The notes under the pieces were generated by a model. It did no database searches, had not been told where the DNA came from, and was given only the letters and a program-made list of their open reading frames with translations. Shown in pieces: positions 24,986-38,840 of a stretch of 64,000 bases of DNA. The stretch is taken from assembly GCA_051362555.1 (NCBI GenBank), contig CM120640.1, positions 69,418,788-69,482,787 of the forward strand, given 5' to 3'. The translations under genes were made by a program, and so were the position numbers. Source of the stretch: Lingula anatina (Eukaryota > Animalia > Brachiopoda). Positions within the stretch are counted from its first letter, which is position 1, and every line of letters begins with the position of its first letter.

Positions 24986-27900
24986 TCAGCTGTCATCATA
25001 ATTGTCTTCTGCTGTATCTTCTTCCTCACGTTCCTGAAAATAATATTGGATATTCAAATTAGGTTCTATACCAGAATACACTAATAACTAATAAATTTTT
25101 GTAGAAATTAATAGAGGTTCAGAGAGGCAGGGAGCTGCCCCCTTACAATGTATTCACAGTCACATATGTATTTCAAATTGGGACAATAGCCCCATGAATT
25201 TCAAATATTCAAATCACTGCTGAGTACAACACATTTGCATTTTATCTATAATTATCTATACTTTACAGTGTACTGGGTGGGTAGAGCTGTGACATTAGGG
25301 TCATATTCTCATTTAAGCTGGGTCAACCCATCTCAGCTATATGTGATTACAATGAGCCCAACATGATTGGCAAACCCCATTCCTTTACTGTCATGCCACT
25401 GTCCTGCACTGAGATTTGTGACTAACAGCCAGTGGTGAGCTAAACCTTAGCAGAGAGCCTGCTGAGATGGGCCACACTGAGGCAGGTCAACCCAACTTGA
25501 ATAGAAACATGACTGGCTTAGGACTACCGTGAGTTGTATGACCTCTTCGTGAGATGGGACAAGTTGATTCTTTTAATAGTATATCATACAGACACACCTT
25601 AATTTCTTTTGACTCCAAATCTTCCCCGTATTGAATTGCATTGTCTATCATCAGCAGAATATCACTTATGGAGTCTTCGTCTGTATTATCCAATGGAAAG
25701 AATTTCACTAGACTGTAGTCCTCTACCTGAAAAATGTTTTTCTCAACCATTATTGATAGTTTTTTTTTCTGAAACCACTGTGCTTTGATTTTAGTGTAAC
25801 AACAGGCAACATAAAGCAAGCATGATTTGTCCTCATCTCTGAAATTCAAGAAAGCTCCTTATTTTAACAATCTTACCAGTCCTGCAATTGCGGTGTTAAG
25901 CTTCTGGAATTTGTTGCTCTTTATATTGTGCTCAACTTCTTCATCTAGCAAAGCATGGAGGTCAGGTTCCAGGTACCTTTAAGAACAAAAGAAGACAAAA
26001 TTAATTTTTGCAAAAAGATAAAAAAAAAAAAAAAGAATTGTATTGCATGAAACTTGTTATCATTACTACTTAAGTTAGGTAGTTCCCTCAAACAATTACT
26101 AAAAATTCTTTGGAAAATTTCCCTTTTACCTCTCTAGATTCTTTTTGGCTTTTTTACTCAGCAAGTCCACTTTGGTCATAACATTGATATGAGGGACCTC
26201 CAGGTTGACCATTGCAGATAAAGCTGATAAAATTCCCGAGACAAACTTGGTGGCTTCATTTAGGAACTGGGAGTCAATGAGGAAGATGCCACACACACGA
26301 AAGTTCCAGTGTTGTAGCTGATCCACCAGCTGTTTCATCACTGGTATATGGGTATATAACTCAATCTGACCTGAAACAGTTTACATTATAAAAATTTGTC
26401 AGATTATGATGGCTGGGATTAACTCATGCATAAACTAGAGGATCAGAGAGGCGATACCGCCTCTGAATATTGTACCACCAGCTGGGGTAAGCGCGATCGT
26501 ATAGACCCACACACACACAAAAAAGGGACACCAACACCAGTCTTGTGCTTGACAAGCTGTAAAAAATGCAATCAACAAGAATTCTCAAAATATGCAAAAA
26601 AAATACATAACTAAAAATGGTACAATCAAAGTTCAGTTCATAGTAAGGTAGGTCAAAGGTCAATTTCAAGGTCACAGTAAATTTCCCGTATATGACTTCC
26701 TATTCAAGTTCAATAGCAACTGTGGACCTATCTCTGCCAGTTTTGGAGATAAAAGGGAACCAAAATTTGTAAACTTCAATTCATGATAAAAAGTAGGTCA
26801 AACGTAAATTTCAAGGTCACACTTAGATTGCCAGTATATGACTTCCTATTCAAATTCAACAGTAACTATGGGCGTATCTTGTCAGTTTTGGAAATAAAAG
26901 GGAACCAAAATTTGCAAAGTTAAGTTCATGGTTAAAAGTAGGTCAAAGGTCAATTTTAAGGTCACAGTAAATTGCCTCTAATAACTTCATATTCAAGTTC
27001 AATAGTAACTATGGACCTATCTCTGCCAGTTTTGGAGATAAAAGGGAACGGAAATTTGCAAAGTTCAATTCCTGATGAAAAGTAGGTCAAAGGTCAATTT
27101 AAAGGTCACATTTTGATTACCAGTATATGACTTCCTATTCAAGTTCAATAGTAACTATGGACCTATCTCTGCTAGTTTTGGAGATAAAAGGGAACAAAAT
27201 TTGCAAAGTTCAGTTCATGGTTTAAAGTAGGTCAAAGGTCAATTTTAAGGTCACAGTAAATTGCCTCGTATGACTTTCTATTCAAATTCAATAGTAACTA
27301 TGGGCGTATCTCTGCCAGTTTTGAAGATAATAACATTAAAAAGTTGCAAAGTTCAGTTTATGGTGTAAAGTAGGTCAAAGGTCAATTTCAAGGTCACATT
27401 TAGATTGCCAGTATATGACTTCCTATTCAAGTTCAATAGTATCCATAGACCTATCTCTGCCAGTTTTGGAGATAAAAGGGAACCAAAATTTGCAAAGTTT
27501 AATTCATGATGAAAAGTAGGTCAAAGGTCAATTTTAAGGTCACATTTAGATTGCCAGTATATGACTTCCTATTCAAGTTCAATAGTAACTATGGACCGAT
27601 CTCTGCCAGTTTTGGAGATATAAGGGACTAAATGTTATAATTTTGGAGTTACAATAATGTGCCATAAATTTCGTACAGAAAAAATTAATTAAAATAAAGA
27701 AAAGGTCATTTTGGTCAAAATTCTTGAAATGGGAGGTGCTCTGAAGTTCCAGATGTTCAAATTTGATGAAATAATGTCATTTTTGACCACAGGTTGTCTG
27801 CCTCGTCAAGCCTTATGTTTTATTTTTCCGGAGTTCAAAATTTATTATCCATTACCGTACTGCACATTTTGCTTTCACCACCAATATGTACTTTTTGATA

Positions 27901-29698
27901 CAGCGTAACTCGAAAACCGTATGGAATACAAAAAACGGAGACCACCTCCAGTGTTGGGCTTTACATGCTCTACAAAATGCAAAAAAGAGTGGGTCTCTAG
28001 CATTAACGGTTCCCGAATTAGCGACAGTTTTCAGTTTTGTTATCTTATGGCCGCTACTCCTGTGAAAATGCACCGATTGACCCCAAATTCACGGAGATGA
28101 AAGATGACCTGAAGGGTAACTCTTTCCAATAATATTATTGGTTAAGTCTGTGTGGTGTCTGAAAAACAGGGCAAATAATTTTTTTTCGTAAAAAATTCGT
28201 TTTTTTGAAAATTCTGGCCCGTTTGACCTGGAAATAAAGGTCAAAGGTCAAATCCATGGGCATATTTGAAATCTACACATATGACTTTTGGAAAGCCGTC
28301 TGTAGAAATTTTTCCCATAATTCCTTCCGTAGGGTAGATAATTAGCATTTAATTTTGCCATTTTTGGACAAGGGTGCATTGCAATGAGTGCCACACCTAG
28401 ACCCCAATACCGACAAAGCCCAAATTTTACGTGGAACGAGTTGAGATTATAGGTGACCTAAATCCAAGAGATGGGTACGCAGGCCCTAGTAGTCTAGGAG
28501 GAGAAGCGGTAACGGTGACTTGGCGGCGGAGCCGCAGGAGCCGGCGGAACATACGGGTCGGGACTAAAACCATGTGTACCACCAGCGCCTACGCTGGTGG
28601 TACAATTACTATGACTGAATTGGAATGAACTTTTTGTGTGAGAAAGATAAGAAAATGTATCATTTCTAGTACTGTACACAATTTACCTGGACAATCAAAA
28701 AGCACATAGTCATCTTCCAAGTCATCCAACTGCTCGAACAACCAATCAAAATTCTGAGCAAAGTACCTGGACAAGAACAGAAACATTTTATCAAATGTTT
28801 TTCTTGAAAACAACCTCCACTCAACTATATCCTTATTTCAACTACCGTTATAACTTATAAATAGACACCTCTTTCTTTTTCTCCATAACATCTTCTATAT
28901 ACTATGGGACAGATCATTAAAGCCATTAAATTAAATTCTGTATCAGTTAAACTAGTAGTCTATAATTACAGATCTACAAAAAAATATCTAAAATATCAGT
29001 CTATTAAACTATGTCTCATAAAAATATTCAACTCACTCCATACAGAATACCAATCCACCATTGGGGCCAAAGTGAAGTGACTCATCTTCCATTGCATCTT
29101 CCACACTGATCAGTTCACGGATATCTGTAGTAAAGTTGAATAATGAGCATGCAATGTGGAACTGATAGTCTAATGTAGATACATGTACTTCCCTACATAT
29201 ACATGTAAAATGTGTGACAGATGACAGTAAATTATAAAAAATACAGTACTAGCATATGTAATAATAATGTTTTAATTACGTGTTTTCTTAAAATCTGTAA
29301 TTTGAGTGAAGTAACTGATAACAGATGAATTATAAAAAAGTGATGGCAATTTTTGCATTTAGATATTTGTCGGAACTACAGCTGGAACTAACCTGCATAC
29401 AAAGGATAATCAAAGTACTCTGCTGCTGGATCCAGATTAATAACATGTACAGTCCTGCCTATACACTCACAGTGTTTTACAATGGTGCTGCAGTACGTGG
29501 ACTGGAATGAAAAAAATTAACAGCTGGGTTCCTAAAGATAACCTTTAAGATTTGTTAATAATAAAAGGAGAAAGAATATAGTAAACTAACTGCCTAGCTA
29601 CATGTATGTACAGTATATAAGATCATTCAATTATTTCGACTGACACATACTTTCCCACTTCCTGCTGGACCCATAACAATCTGAGCATATCGCGGCAT
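24986..29698 (-). CDS. GPN3: GPN-loop GTPase 3
   Basis: Exons 29651-29698, 29393-29501, 29037-29124, 28687-28766, 26130-26370, 25877-25976, 25598-25726, 24986-25033. Protein [61 protein letters not shown]. Confidence 0.97.
26434..28606 (-). mobile_element. HINE copy 2 (~7 x ~146-bp units) in a GPN3 intron
   Basis: Same termini, hairpins and core as copy 1, but a distinct subfamily (ggggtaagcgcgatcg; gcaggccctagtagtc). Confidence 0.9.
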
Positions 29699-29699
29699 A

Positions 29700-30102
29700 C
29701 TTTCACTATATTTATTATTCACATCTATAAACAAATGGCTTATAGTTCACGAATTAGCACAATAATGCCTAAAAACCCACGTGTAGAAAGTGCTGACATT
29801 TTTGTTTACGTCGCAAACATCAATAAAATTTGGATATAAACTGTATTAAATATCTGTACTAATCTTCCATGTGGTCCCATGAAAAAATTCTTGCATTTAA
29901 TTAAATTGATACATTTTCATTTAAGCAAATATTGTGTTAAATACGACAATTATGAATTTTATTTACATTAGTACAAGCGATAATCACGTGACATTGACTT
30001 TACTTCCGGTTTTGATAGGCGTACCGCCGGGTGGAAACTTTGGAAGTTTTGATAAATCCATTTAAATTTTATCAACAAGAAAGGAGTAGAAATTTAAAGG
30101 AG
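29700..30102. promoter_or_regulatory. Bidirectional promoter GPN3/ARPC3
   Basis: About 400 bp separate the divergent ATGs. E-box TCACGTGAC ~29983, ETS-type ACTTCCGG ~30002 and a second CACGTG ~29778. Confidence 0.6.
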
Positions 30103-32933
30103 ATGCCGGTGAGCTATTTATTTGTTTTTATATGATACTTAAACTTTTGTAAACTACGTATTTGCACTTTGTGACTGAATATTTCCTAAGTGATACACCA
30201 TTTCCTGGTCCAGAGAAAAAGAAGTTCAGAGTAGTGGCTTTGAGACACTGTCAGTGTATCCTGAGTCATTTATGAATATATCAGTGCGAAAACTCGAAGA
30301 ATTACTATGCTAGTTTTCTAATAGCATTTCTAATTTATTATAAACAAATGCTCAACATACCTTTCTTACAATTATCAAATGCACTTGAATTGAAATTTGC
30401 AAACAAATATGCTTCATTGTGAACATAAACTATGGGCAGTATTTTTTTGCAGTTGTTGAAAGTTTTTAAATCTATTTTAGATGCCAATGTACAATTTCAT
30501 ATTAGATTATATCAGAAAGGTGTACAGTATATGCTTATAAATCGATTTTGTCAGGCCTACCATTCTCAGTTTACCAGCCCACCCCAGATATTGGGGAACA
30601 TGGCTTTGCTTCCACTGAGGACACAGTTTAAGGGGCCAGCACCCAAGGATAGTAAGTATAATGCCATTGTGCACAACTTCCAGTGCTTGCATTATTTTGA
30701 AGCTAATGAATAACACCTCAAAATTAATTTGTCTGATGATAATGATTGTATGGAAAGAGCTTAAATATGACTCAGTACATTGGAATGGTGGAAGTAAAGA
30801 ACAGACGGTTGTTATGAAATCAATATAAAATGTAAATGTGTATCAAAGGCAATGCCATACAGAAACATTCACTGAAATTTTATTCAGGAATAGTATTTGA
30901 AAGATATTAAATTTGAAGTGAAGTGCAATTTTTATCTGCCTCTTATATATTTGTGTATATGGGCATCAGCACAATGCATGCAAGAAAACAATAGATTGAT
31001 GTTTTTTTGTATGCAGCTGATTACTTTTCCCTTCTTGTAAAAGTAATAAAAATAAAATTTAAGTATGCACTACTGTTTTAGAGCTGATTCACTGTGCATT
31101 GCATTGGCAAGTATTTTTGTGGTTTGCATCACTGTAGTTGCCTTCAGTTGGTATATATATTTGTGGCTTCAGATTTGACTTTCTTTTTTTTTTCTTTTCA
31201 GGTTCAGATTTTGATATTATTGATGAGGCACTCCACTTTTTCAAAGCTAACATTTTTTTCAAAAATTATGAAGTAAAGGTAGGTGTGATTAAGATTTCAT
31301 CTGTGTCAACAATACAGCTCTGAATGTGACTTTAAACAAATATGCCCTCAAATGCAATCATATTGATCTTTAGTCTTGAACCAAAGTTGAAAAATTCTAA
31401 AAGAAAAGTCTACAAGAAAATTAGTCTTGTATTGTTATTTGCCAGGTTTATAGTCAATGCTATGACAATGAAACCAGATTTCACAGACAAATTAAAAATT
31501 CATGATTTTGCAATTTCAGTCTGAAGCTGATAGAACCTTAATTTACATTACTCTGTACATCACTGAGTGCCTCAAGAAACTTCAAAGGGTATGTACATTG
31601 TATAGTCACAGTGAAGTGATTGTAATTATTTTATTTTATAATTGTCTTGCTTGAATTGAAATCTACCAATTCAAATATCAGTAACATTAATACAGAGACA
31701 GTATTGATTTTTCACAAAAGTAACAGCACCTTATTCTAAAACTAATTCTGAAAAATGCACTATGCTTTATATGACTCAAGTTTTGGTGATCCTTTCTTGA
31801 CAAATTCAGAATATGTCATATTTTAACTGGTGTGTTTATAGGCTATATAGTGGCTTTCTATGCAATCTCTAGATGAAGATATTTTGCCATATCTCACCTC
31901 TGTCACAAATATCCACTGATGCTTGACAAAATAAAGAAACAAACTATAAGCCCAAGCGCATTTTTATATCTTCTAGAAAAAAGTCCGTTTTCTTTATACT
32001 GTAATGTTTAATTTGGGTGTTCGTGATCTTTTCAGTGTACATCAAAGAACCAGGGCCTGAAAGAAATGCACACACTTGCAGTATCTAGATTCGACATTCC
32101 AGGTGATGCTGGCTTTCCTCTTAATGCAATGTACACCAGACCTAGTGGAAGACAGGAAGAAGGTACATGCAGTGTGGTAAAAAATGAGACACTTTACAGA
32201 TGAAGGCTGTTGTTTGGTAACATAATATTTCAAAGGAAAGGAAGACATGGGAAGACCTGTCAGCATTGGAGGCCTTTTATGTTTTTAGGCATCCAAACTG
32301 ACCTAATTTACATTACCTGGCAACATATGTCTTGTTGAAAGTTGTTGATATCATCTATGAGGCACACACTGCTAAATGTGACATTAATCTCAAGGAAAAT
32401 TGATAAGTACCTATGTAGTAAAGTCACACACCATCTATTACAAATAACACTATTTTACATGATTTTACCAATAACACTTCTGGTTTGTCTTTTCCTCCAG
32501 ATAATATGAGGGCATACTTTACACAAATTCGCCAAGAATGTGGAATCAGAGTTTGCGAGAAAGTGTTTGACCCTGCTACAGATAAACCTTCAAAGGTAAA
32601 AGTTTTTCATTGGTTTGGAAGTGTAAGATTGCAATAAATATGACATTATTGCTAAAATACTGTGAAAGAGGTTTTATATTCTCTCGATAAGATGATTTAA
32701 CAGAATTACTTAAAGACTAAATAATGAGTCAAGGCTCTTGTTATTAAGCCCCTAGATATGGAATAATTAATTAATGCTAAAATATTAGAAGATTAAATTA
32801 TTGACATTGTATGCACAAGACTTTGGTTTGTTTTAGTAAGTTGACTGATATTCAAATAATATATTTTCAGTGGTGGATGTGCTTTGTGAAGAGAAAATTC
32901 ATGGACATGAGTCTTTCAGGGCCTGGACAATAA
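30103..32933 (+). CDS. ARPC3: Actin-related protein 2/3 complex subunit 3 (p21-Arc)
   Basis: Exons 30103-30108, 30555-30651, 31202-31278, 31520-31588, 32036-32162, 32501-32595, 32871-32933. Protein [90 protein letters not shown]. Confidence 0.97.
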
Positions 32934-33828
32934 ACATTAGGAATGCCTTGTATAGAAAAGGGCTATTAGTTGCCAAATACATGATGTTGCTGGAGCTTGA
33001 ATATGAAGTTGTTAAAGAAGGATGTTAAAGTTATATTAATTAAACTACTATTGAGGAGCATATGTAACAGTTGCATTCAAATATGACTTGAGAGACAATT
33101 TAATAATTGCATTATATCAGCAAATTTATGAAATGTACATAGATTTTATTAGCGGTATTAAGGGGATTGCAATTTTGCCATGTGTTAAATGTATTTTCAG
33201 CAAAGGAAAAAAGTTGAATTTTAAACTGTAAGATCTCTTTTGGAGAATTTTACATGGTTCAGTTACATCACGTTACATGCCTGTTAGTCTTAGAAGAAAA
33301 TCCCATCAATTTATACAATAAATTTATTACTGTACATTCAAAGCAACTTTTTTACATGATACTTAACACAATTTTAATGTGGTTGAACGTCTCAAATCTA
33401 CTTGCCTCTTCCCATAATATTCATTTATATGCGTGATTTAAAATGGTACCCATCATGTTGGCACAGATTTCAAGCTAGGTCCTCAAAAAACTGAAATATA
33501 CAATACCATGGGTATGAAGTTGTATGGATGCTGAATATGATATTACTTTACACAGAAATCTGTTTATGTTGGAAAGAGTTCAAACAGGACAATACATCAT
33601 GATCAAGGCACGTCTGGTTAGCAAGCAGTTCCTCAAGCTGGGTACACAATTGTATGTCTCTCATTTCAACTGAGCAAAATCCTGGATACAATCAATACAT
33701 TGCCACAGTAACATTTCTGATGATTGCACCTTTTTCGTGATTCAGCAGTTTGCAAAAGAAAAGAAAACATTCTACTTTTTGGTGATCAACAAAAGCTGTT
33801 CCTATATCGCTGGCATTTCCATGTTTCA

Positions 33829-36800
33829 CTAAAACGTAACTTTCCTCTTCCTTCCTGTATATTTTGAGTCTGGTCCTACTTTTCTGAAAAATACAAATCA
33901 ATTAAAATACAACTCTAATAAAAACAATAATTAAAATAGAATTAAGATAATGAAACTAAGTGATGGTTCCATAAAACAGGTTCATGGAAAAGAAATATGT
34001 CATTTTTGAAATTAGAAGCTGACAAAAATGTCAATTACATATCTTTACATCAAGATCTGTTTATTTCCATTTCCCATCACACAATAACTTAACAAAAAAA
34101 AAAAAAAACTTTCTGAGGTAAGATTTACTTACTTTCCTTGACGCCTTGCTCTCTCCTTTTTCTCCATGACCCAGTCACGACTTTTTTTAGGGTGCTTCCC
34201 CCTGCGCTCCTTTATTCTGTCCCTGAATAAGAAATAGTGCTCAAATATGAAAATATTAAATGTCAGTAAATGAGAGACATATCCAATAATGGATGGTATG
34301 CATCTTGTACAAATGAACAATCTGGGGTGGAACAATGGTTTTTTATATTGATAAATACAAAGTGTAAGAATTTTAGAGTCTTACCTTGTGCCACTGTAGG
34401 CTATTTTATTGACCATCTCATTTGAAGATGTCCCCAAACCTTTTGGCAAAACCTGGGAGGGACCCCCAGCAAATAAACACAAAAACATTCTGGAAATTGA
34501 ATGAAATTTGGAAATGAACACATCTATCACAGACATTTCCTTTCCTTTCAATTAACACATACAATTTTTGCATAATTTTACCATACTTTTACAAATGGTG
34601 CTGCTTGAATAATGGTGCTTAGAAACGACTTCATTAACACTTTCTGTTGAATCTCTCTCATCAGATTATGGAACATTTGTCCAAAAACGTCAATGAGATA
34701 TACAATTTTTACTTAAATGGAAAACCACAAATTTCAAACTTACTTTTTACTTTTAGTACTATTTGGAAAGTCAACAACCAGGCCCCCTGTAAAGCCTGCT
34801 TTCATGGCCTGCATTGTTAAAAGTTCAAGCTGAAACCATAAAAACTGATAAATAATCAATTGTAAAACCCCCATAAATAAAAAAAGAAAGAAAGAAAAAA
34901 ACCTGATACATGTACTTTTTCCTCTCTCCATTTGCACTAAAATTCCTCCAGTGGCTGAGTGCTAAACCCAATTTCATTGAGGCTGAATAGCCCATCCTGT
35001 TAAAAACACTATCCACTGGATAAATTTGTTATTCTTTGGAAGGTTATGCTGTGGGTAAAGTAACGTTTCCCAAATACTGGATACTTTTTTGTCCCTGATG
35101 TTGTTATCCAGTAGTAAAAAATGACCCCTATTCTGATAAAACTGGACCCAGATGTATAAGTTTCATATGCCCACTCCATTACACTTATCAATTTTCACTG
35201 TTTTTGCTCCTGAAACTGTCACTGCATCCATAAGGGAATGGTCTATAGTGTGAATATGTAATGTGACATTTCATTATGTATTTAATTATATTAGTTCTTT
35301 TCAAAATGACCTTTAAAAATCATGTAAAAAACATTTAGCAACAGTTACTCAAGATTATGATACAAGGGTAATATACAGTGAGAACTGGCAAATAATTATC
35401 TAAGAAATGCATTTGGATAGTTATTTGAGGTGTAGATGGCAATGGGCATTAAAGCCAATCCTCAGAAAGTTGTCAGTTTGATATGGAAATCATACCTGTT
35501 CACTATTTTCAGGATACAACTGGAAAACTGCTCTTGTCCCTCTGCTCTGAAATATAATTTAAAAAATATCAAAATAAAACTTGTGAGCTGCATCACTCTC
35601 ACCTATAATTTAACATGTCAGACAGAAATTAGAAACTCTTCCTGAAATCTTAAAATGTATAGAATCCTTACCATAGATGCATACAAGGTACTGAAAAACT
35701 TGTACATTCTTTTTGGTGGACTGTGAAACTTCTTATCAGCATTGCACAACCACTGTAAAGCAGATATGCTGTTGAAAAGAACAGAAAATGCATTAATCAA
35801 ACATTTATATGTAACTATGTGTCATTAAAAATACATTATATCAAACCATACCTTAAAATCTGTACATTTACAATTGGTTATTCTGCTATCGTTCAATGAA
35901 GCACAAATCAAAAACATAAAACATCTATTTAGTATGAAAACCCAAGTGTTAATTCTATAACACTGGGGTGGTGTGTCGTCTAATCCTGCAAATATTTTTA
36001 GACTTTGTTTGAATTTACTGGCCAAAGGACCAACAGCCATTTCATGCCACTATCCTGTTAACTCAATAAAGGACATTCCCCAACCCAGGACACCCACCTG
36101 ATAACACCATCAAATGTGCCTGGTCTAAACGACATCCCCCAACCCCTGATACCCACCTGATAACACCATCAAATGTGCCTAGTCTAAACGACATCCCCCA
36201 ACCCCCGATACCCACCTGATAACACCATCAAATGTGCCTGGTCTAAACGACATCCCCCAACCCAAGATACCCACCTGATGACACCATCAAATGTGCCTGG
36301 TCTAAACGACATCCCCCAACCCAAGATACCCACCTGATAACACCATCAAATGTGCTTATAGTCTAAACGACATCCCCCAACCCATGATATATACCCACCT
36401 GATAACACCATCAAATGTGCCTGGCCTAAAGGGCATTCCCCAACCCATATCACCCATAAGAAGGTCACCCTCAATTTCTCTCTCAACTGCTACATCTGAA
36501 ATGTATCAATGTATTCCAATTTTATGGTGGAATAAAATTTTAAAATTTTTAATCTAAAATTCAATCAATTTGCATTTCTAATATTTCATATAGCTAAAAC
36601 TAGAGGACAAAAAAACCAAACAAACGACATTAAGGTTGTTTTAAAGTTTTACCTGAAAAAGATAATTGCATAAATTTCCACTATCTGTAACATATGTATC
36701 CAAAAGAAAAAAAAAATCCTTACCCAGCATGTGTTGACTGATGTCAATTCCTAACCACATGTGCCCTGATCTGATAAGCACTCGCCACTTAACCCAGATC

Positions 36801-36908
36801 CACACCTTCAAAAGTAAAAAAACAAAACTTTTAAATAGCGTAATCAAATATTTAAATCTCTCTCTCTCATTGCTGCTAATTCCTCGCTTTAAGTTCCAGT
36901 TGATTTTG

Positions 36909-37007
<99 letters not shown>

Positions 37008-37096
37008 GAGAGAGAGAGAGGAGAGAGAGGAGAGAGAGGAGAGAGGAGAGAGAGAGAAGAGAGAGAGAGAGGAGAGAGAGAGAGAAGAGAGAGAGA

Positions 37097-37136
<40 letters not shown>

Positions 37137-37183
37137 GAGGAGAGAGAGAGAGAGAGAGGAGTGAGAGAGAGAAGAGGAGAGAG

Positions 37184-37215
<32 letters not shown>

Positions 37216-38840
37216 ACATTTTGTCCCTGAATGTGTGTGTATGCATGTGTGCTTTTTGTTACCCAATATCCAAAATAAAACCATGGCTGGTCCTCAGGTA
37301 AAGCAAGTAGTTCTATGGCTCTCTCTGACATCTGCTGCTGTATTTCAATCATGCGAGAACTGCAAAGGAGAAAACTTATATGATTACAACTGTTGCCATA
37401 TTTTCAATATCAATGTCGATTATCAGACATGGACATTCGACTTTCATTTTTTAATGATTAAAAAAAAAGCAATAACATACGTAGCACATTTTTGCACCAT
37501 TAATTTAAATCAACAGACTTTGTTTTTTAACAACTAAAAAATTATCATCAACCCAGGACAACCCTCATACATACTTGGATGTGTACTTCCTTGCCTCTTC
37601 ATCATTGTAGAACTGTAAATAAAGAAAATGTTAAAATCTAGAGGGTGCCTCCCAAATATAAACCACATACTGGGTATAAGCCCAACAGAGGGACAATTAT
37701 CAAGTGATGATTTTTGATGTGGAGCTTCATGAAAGAGAATGAAGACTGGACGGATTTGAGATTTGAAGGGCAAATAGATTTTTAAATATCATATATAAGA
37801 TTATTGATAAAACATAAAGACATAAAACTAGCGAAATAAAGATATTTCAGATTTATAATCATACTTCAGGGCTCAACAGTAAGGATTGCCCACTTGCCCA
37901 GGGCAGGTGCACAGCCATTTCAGCCACTGAGTCCACCCAACTGAATGCTTGCCTGTTCAGGCAAGTGATAAAATAAAGCAAAAGACTGGAGATTTTATCA
38001 AGAATCCTCATAAACACTGAATCAAAACTTCACTTAAATTTTGAATTGCATATGGCAGCAGCCATCTTAACTTGAACGTATTCCCATATTCTCATTGGTT
38101 GAAAGTGCTTAGTTTAGCAGTAAGCAGATCAAAGCCGTTAGCGCTAACTCGACTGGTTTGTGCGTGCATGATAGGAGGGCTTTCTTAAATTTTCATAGGG
38201 AATGAAATGATATCTTATTGGACTAATGCTATCGCAACTCCAAAAAGACCCTTTTGATAACTGTACTGTAAAATTTTCATTTTTCTATACCTTTTTGTTG
38301 GAAGTAACCCATTGAAAAAAAAAACAAAAAACAACTAGTTCATAAAATATCAACATAAGAAATGCAAATTATTTGAGCATTTGTGGAAGAAAAGATTGAT
38401 GAAATCAAGAGACAAAATAGAAACTGGTGCTAAACTTAGGCGTAGGTAAAAATGTTCTTCGTCAAAGAGAAATTTGTTTTCTACGTTTACTAACCACTGT
38501 TGAAAACAGGTGAATGTCCTATAAAACTGTGCACCTGGGGCAAATCTTCAAGGTATATTTACTGGCTAGTTCAAACATTGCACCTTTTATAGACTATTGC
38601 TAGGTCAGAAAAATTAAGAGACTGTATATTCACAATATATTCACTTCCAATGCCCCATATGGAAATCTTTGGCATTTTTACAGGATCAGATGCATTTGTC
38701 ATACAAAGGGTGTGTTTTCTATTTCAAAATACAACAAAACATCCACATCCAGCAACTTATAGGTAGCAGGTTTTGTACAAATCTGAATTTCATACCAATT
38801 CTGGTGGTCCTTTGTGCTCTGGTCTCTTGCCGGACGCCAT
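33829..38840 (-). CDS. BUD23: 18S rRNA (guanine-N7) methyltransferase BUD23/WBSCR22 (two compensating 1-nt indels as assembled)
   Basis: Coding exons 38796-38840, 37575-37612, 37263-37359, 36724-36805, 36399-36495, 35672-35768, 35496-35546, 34744-34829, 34385-34489, 34133-34222, 33829-33883. Protein [82 protein letters not shown]. Probable 5'UTR exon ends at the donor ~40386. Confidence 0.95.
36072..36450. repeat. 59-bp minisatellite (6 copies) derived from a BUD23 exon end plus splice donor
   Basis: cccacctgataacaccatcaaatgtgcc recurs at 36093, 36152, 36211, 36270, 36329 and 36394. Confidence 0.92.
36913..37215. repeat. Imperfect (GA)n microsatellite, ~300 bp, in a BUD23 intron
   Basis: Seen directly in the sequence. 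Confidence 0.98.

Noticed and set aside
36641-37352. Ser/Leu- and Arg/Glu-repeat ORFs
   Set aside because: Translations of the (GA)n microsatellite. Only the flanking BUD23 exon parts are real.
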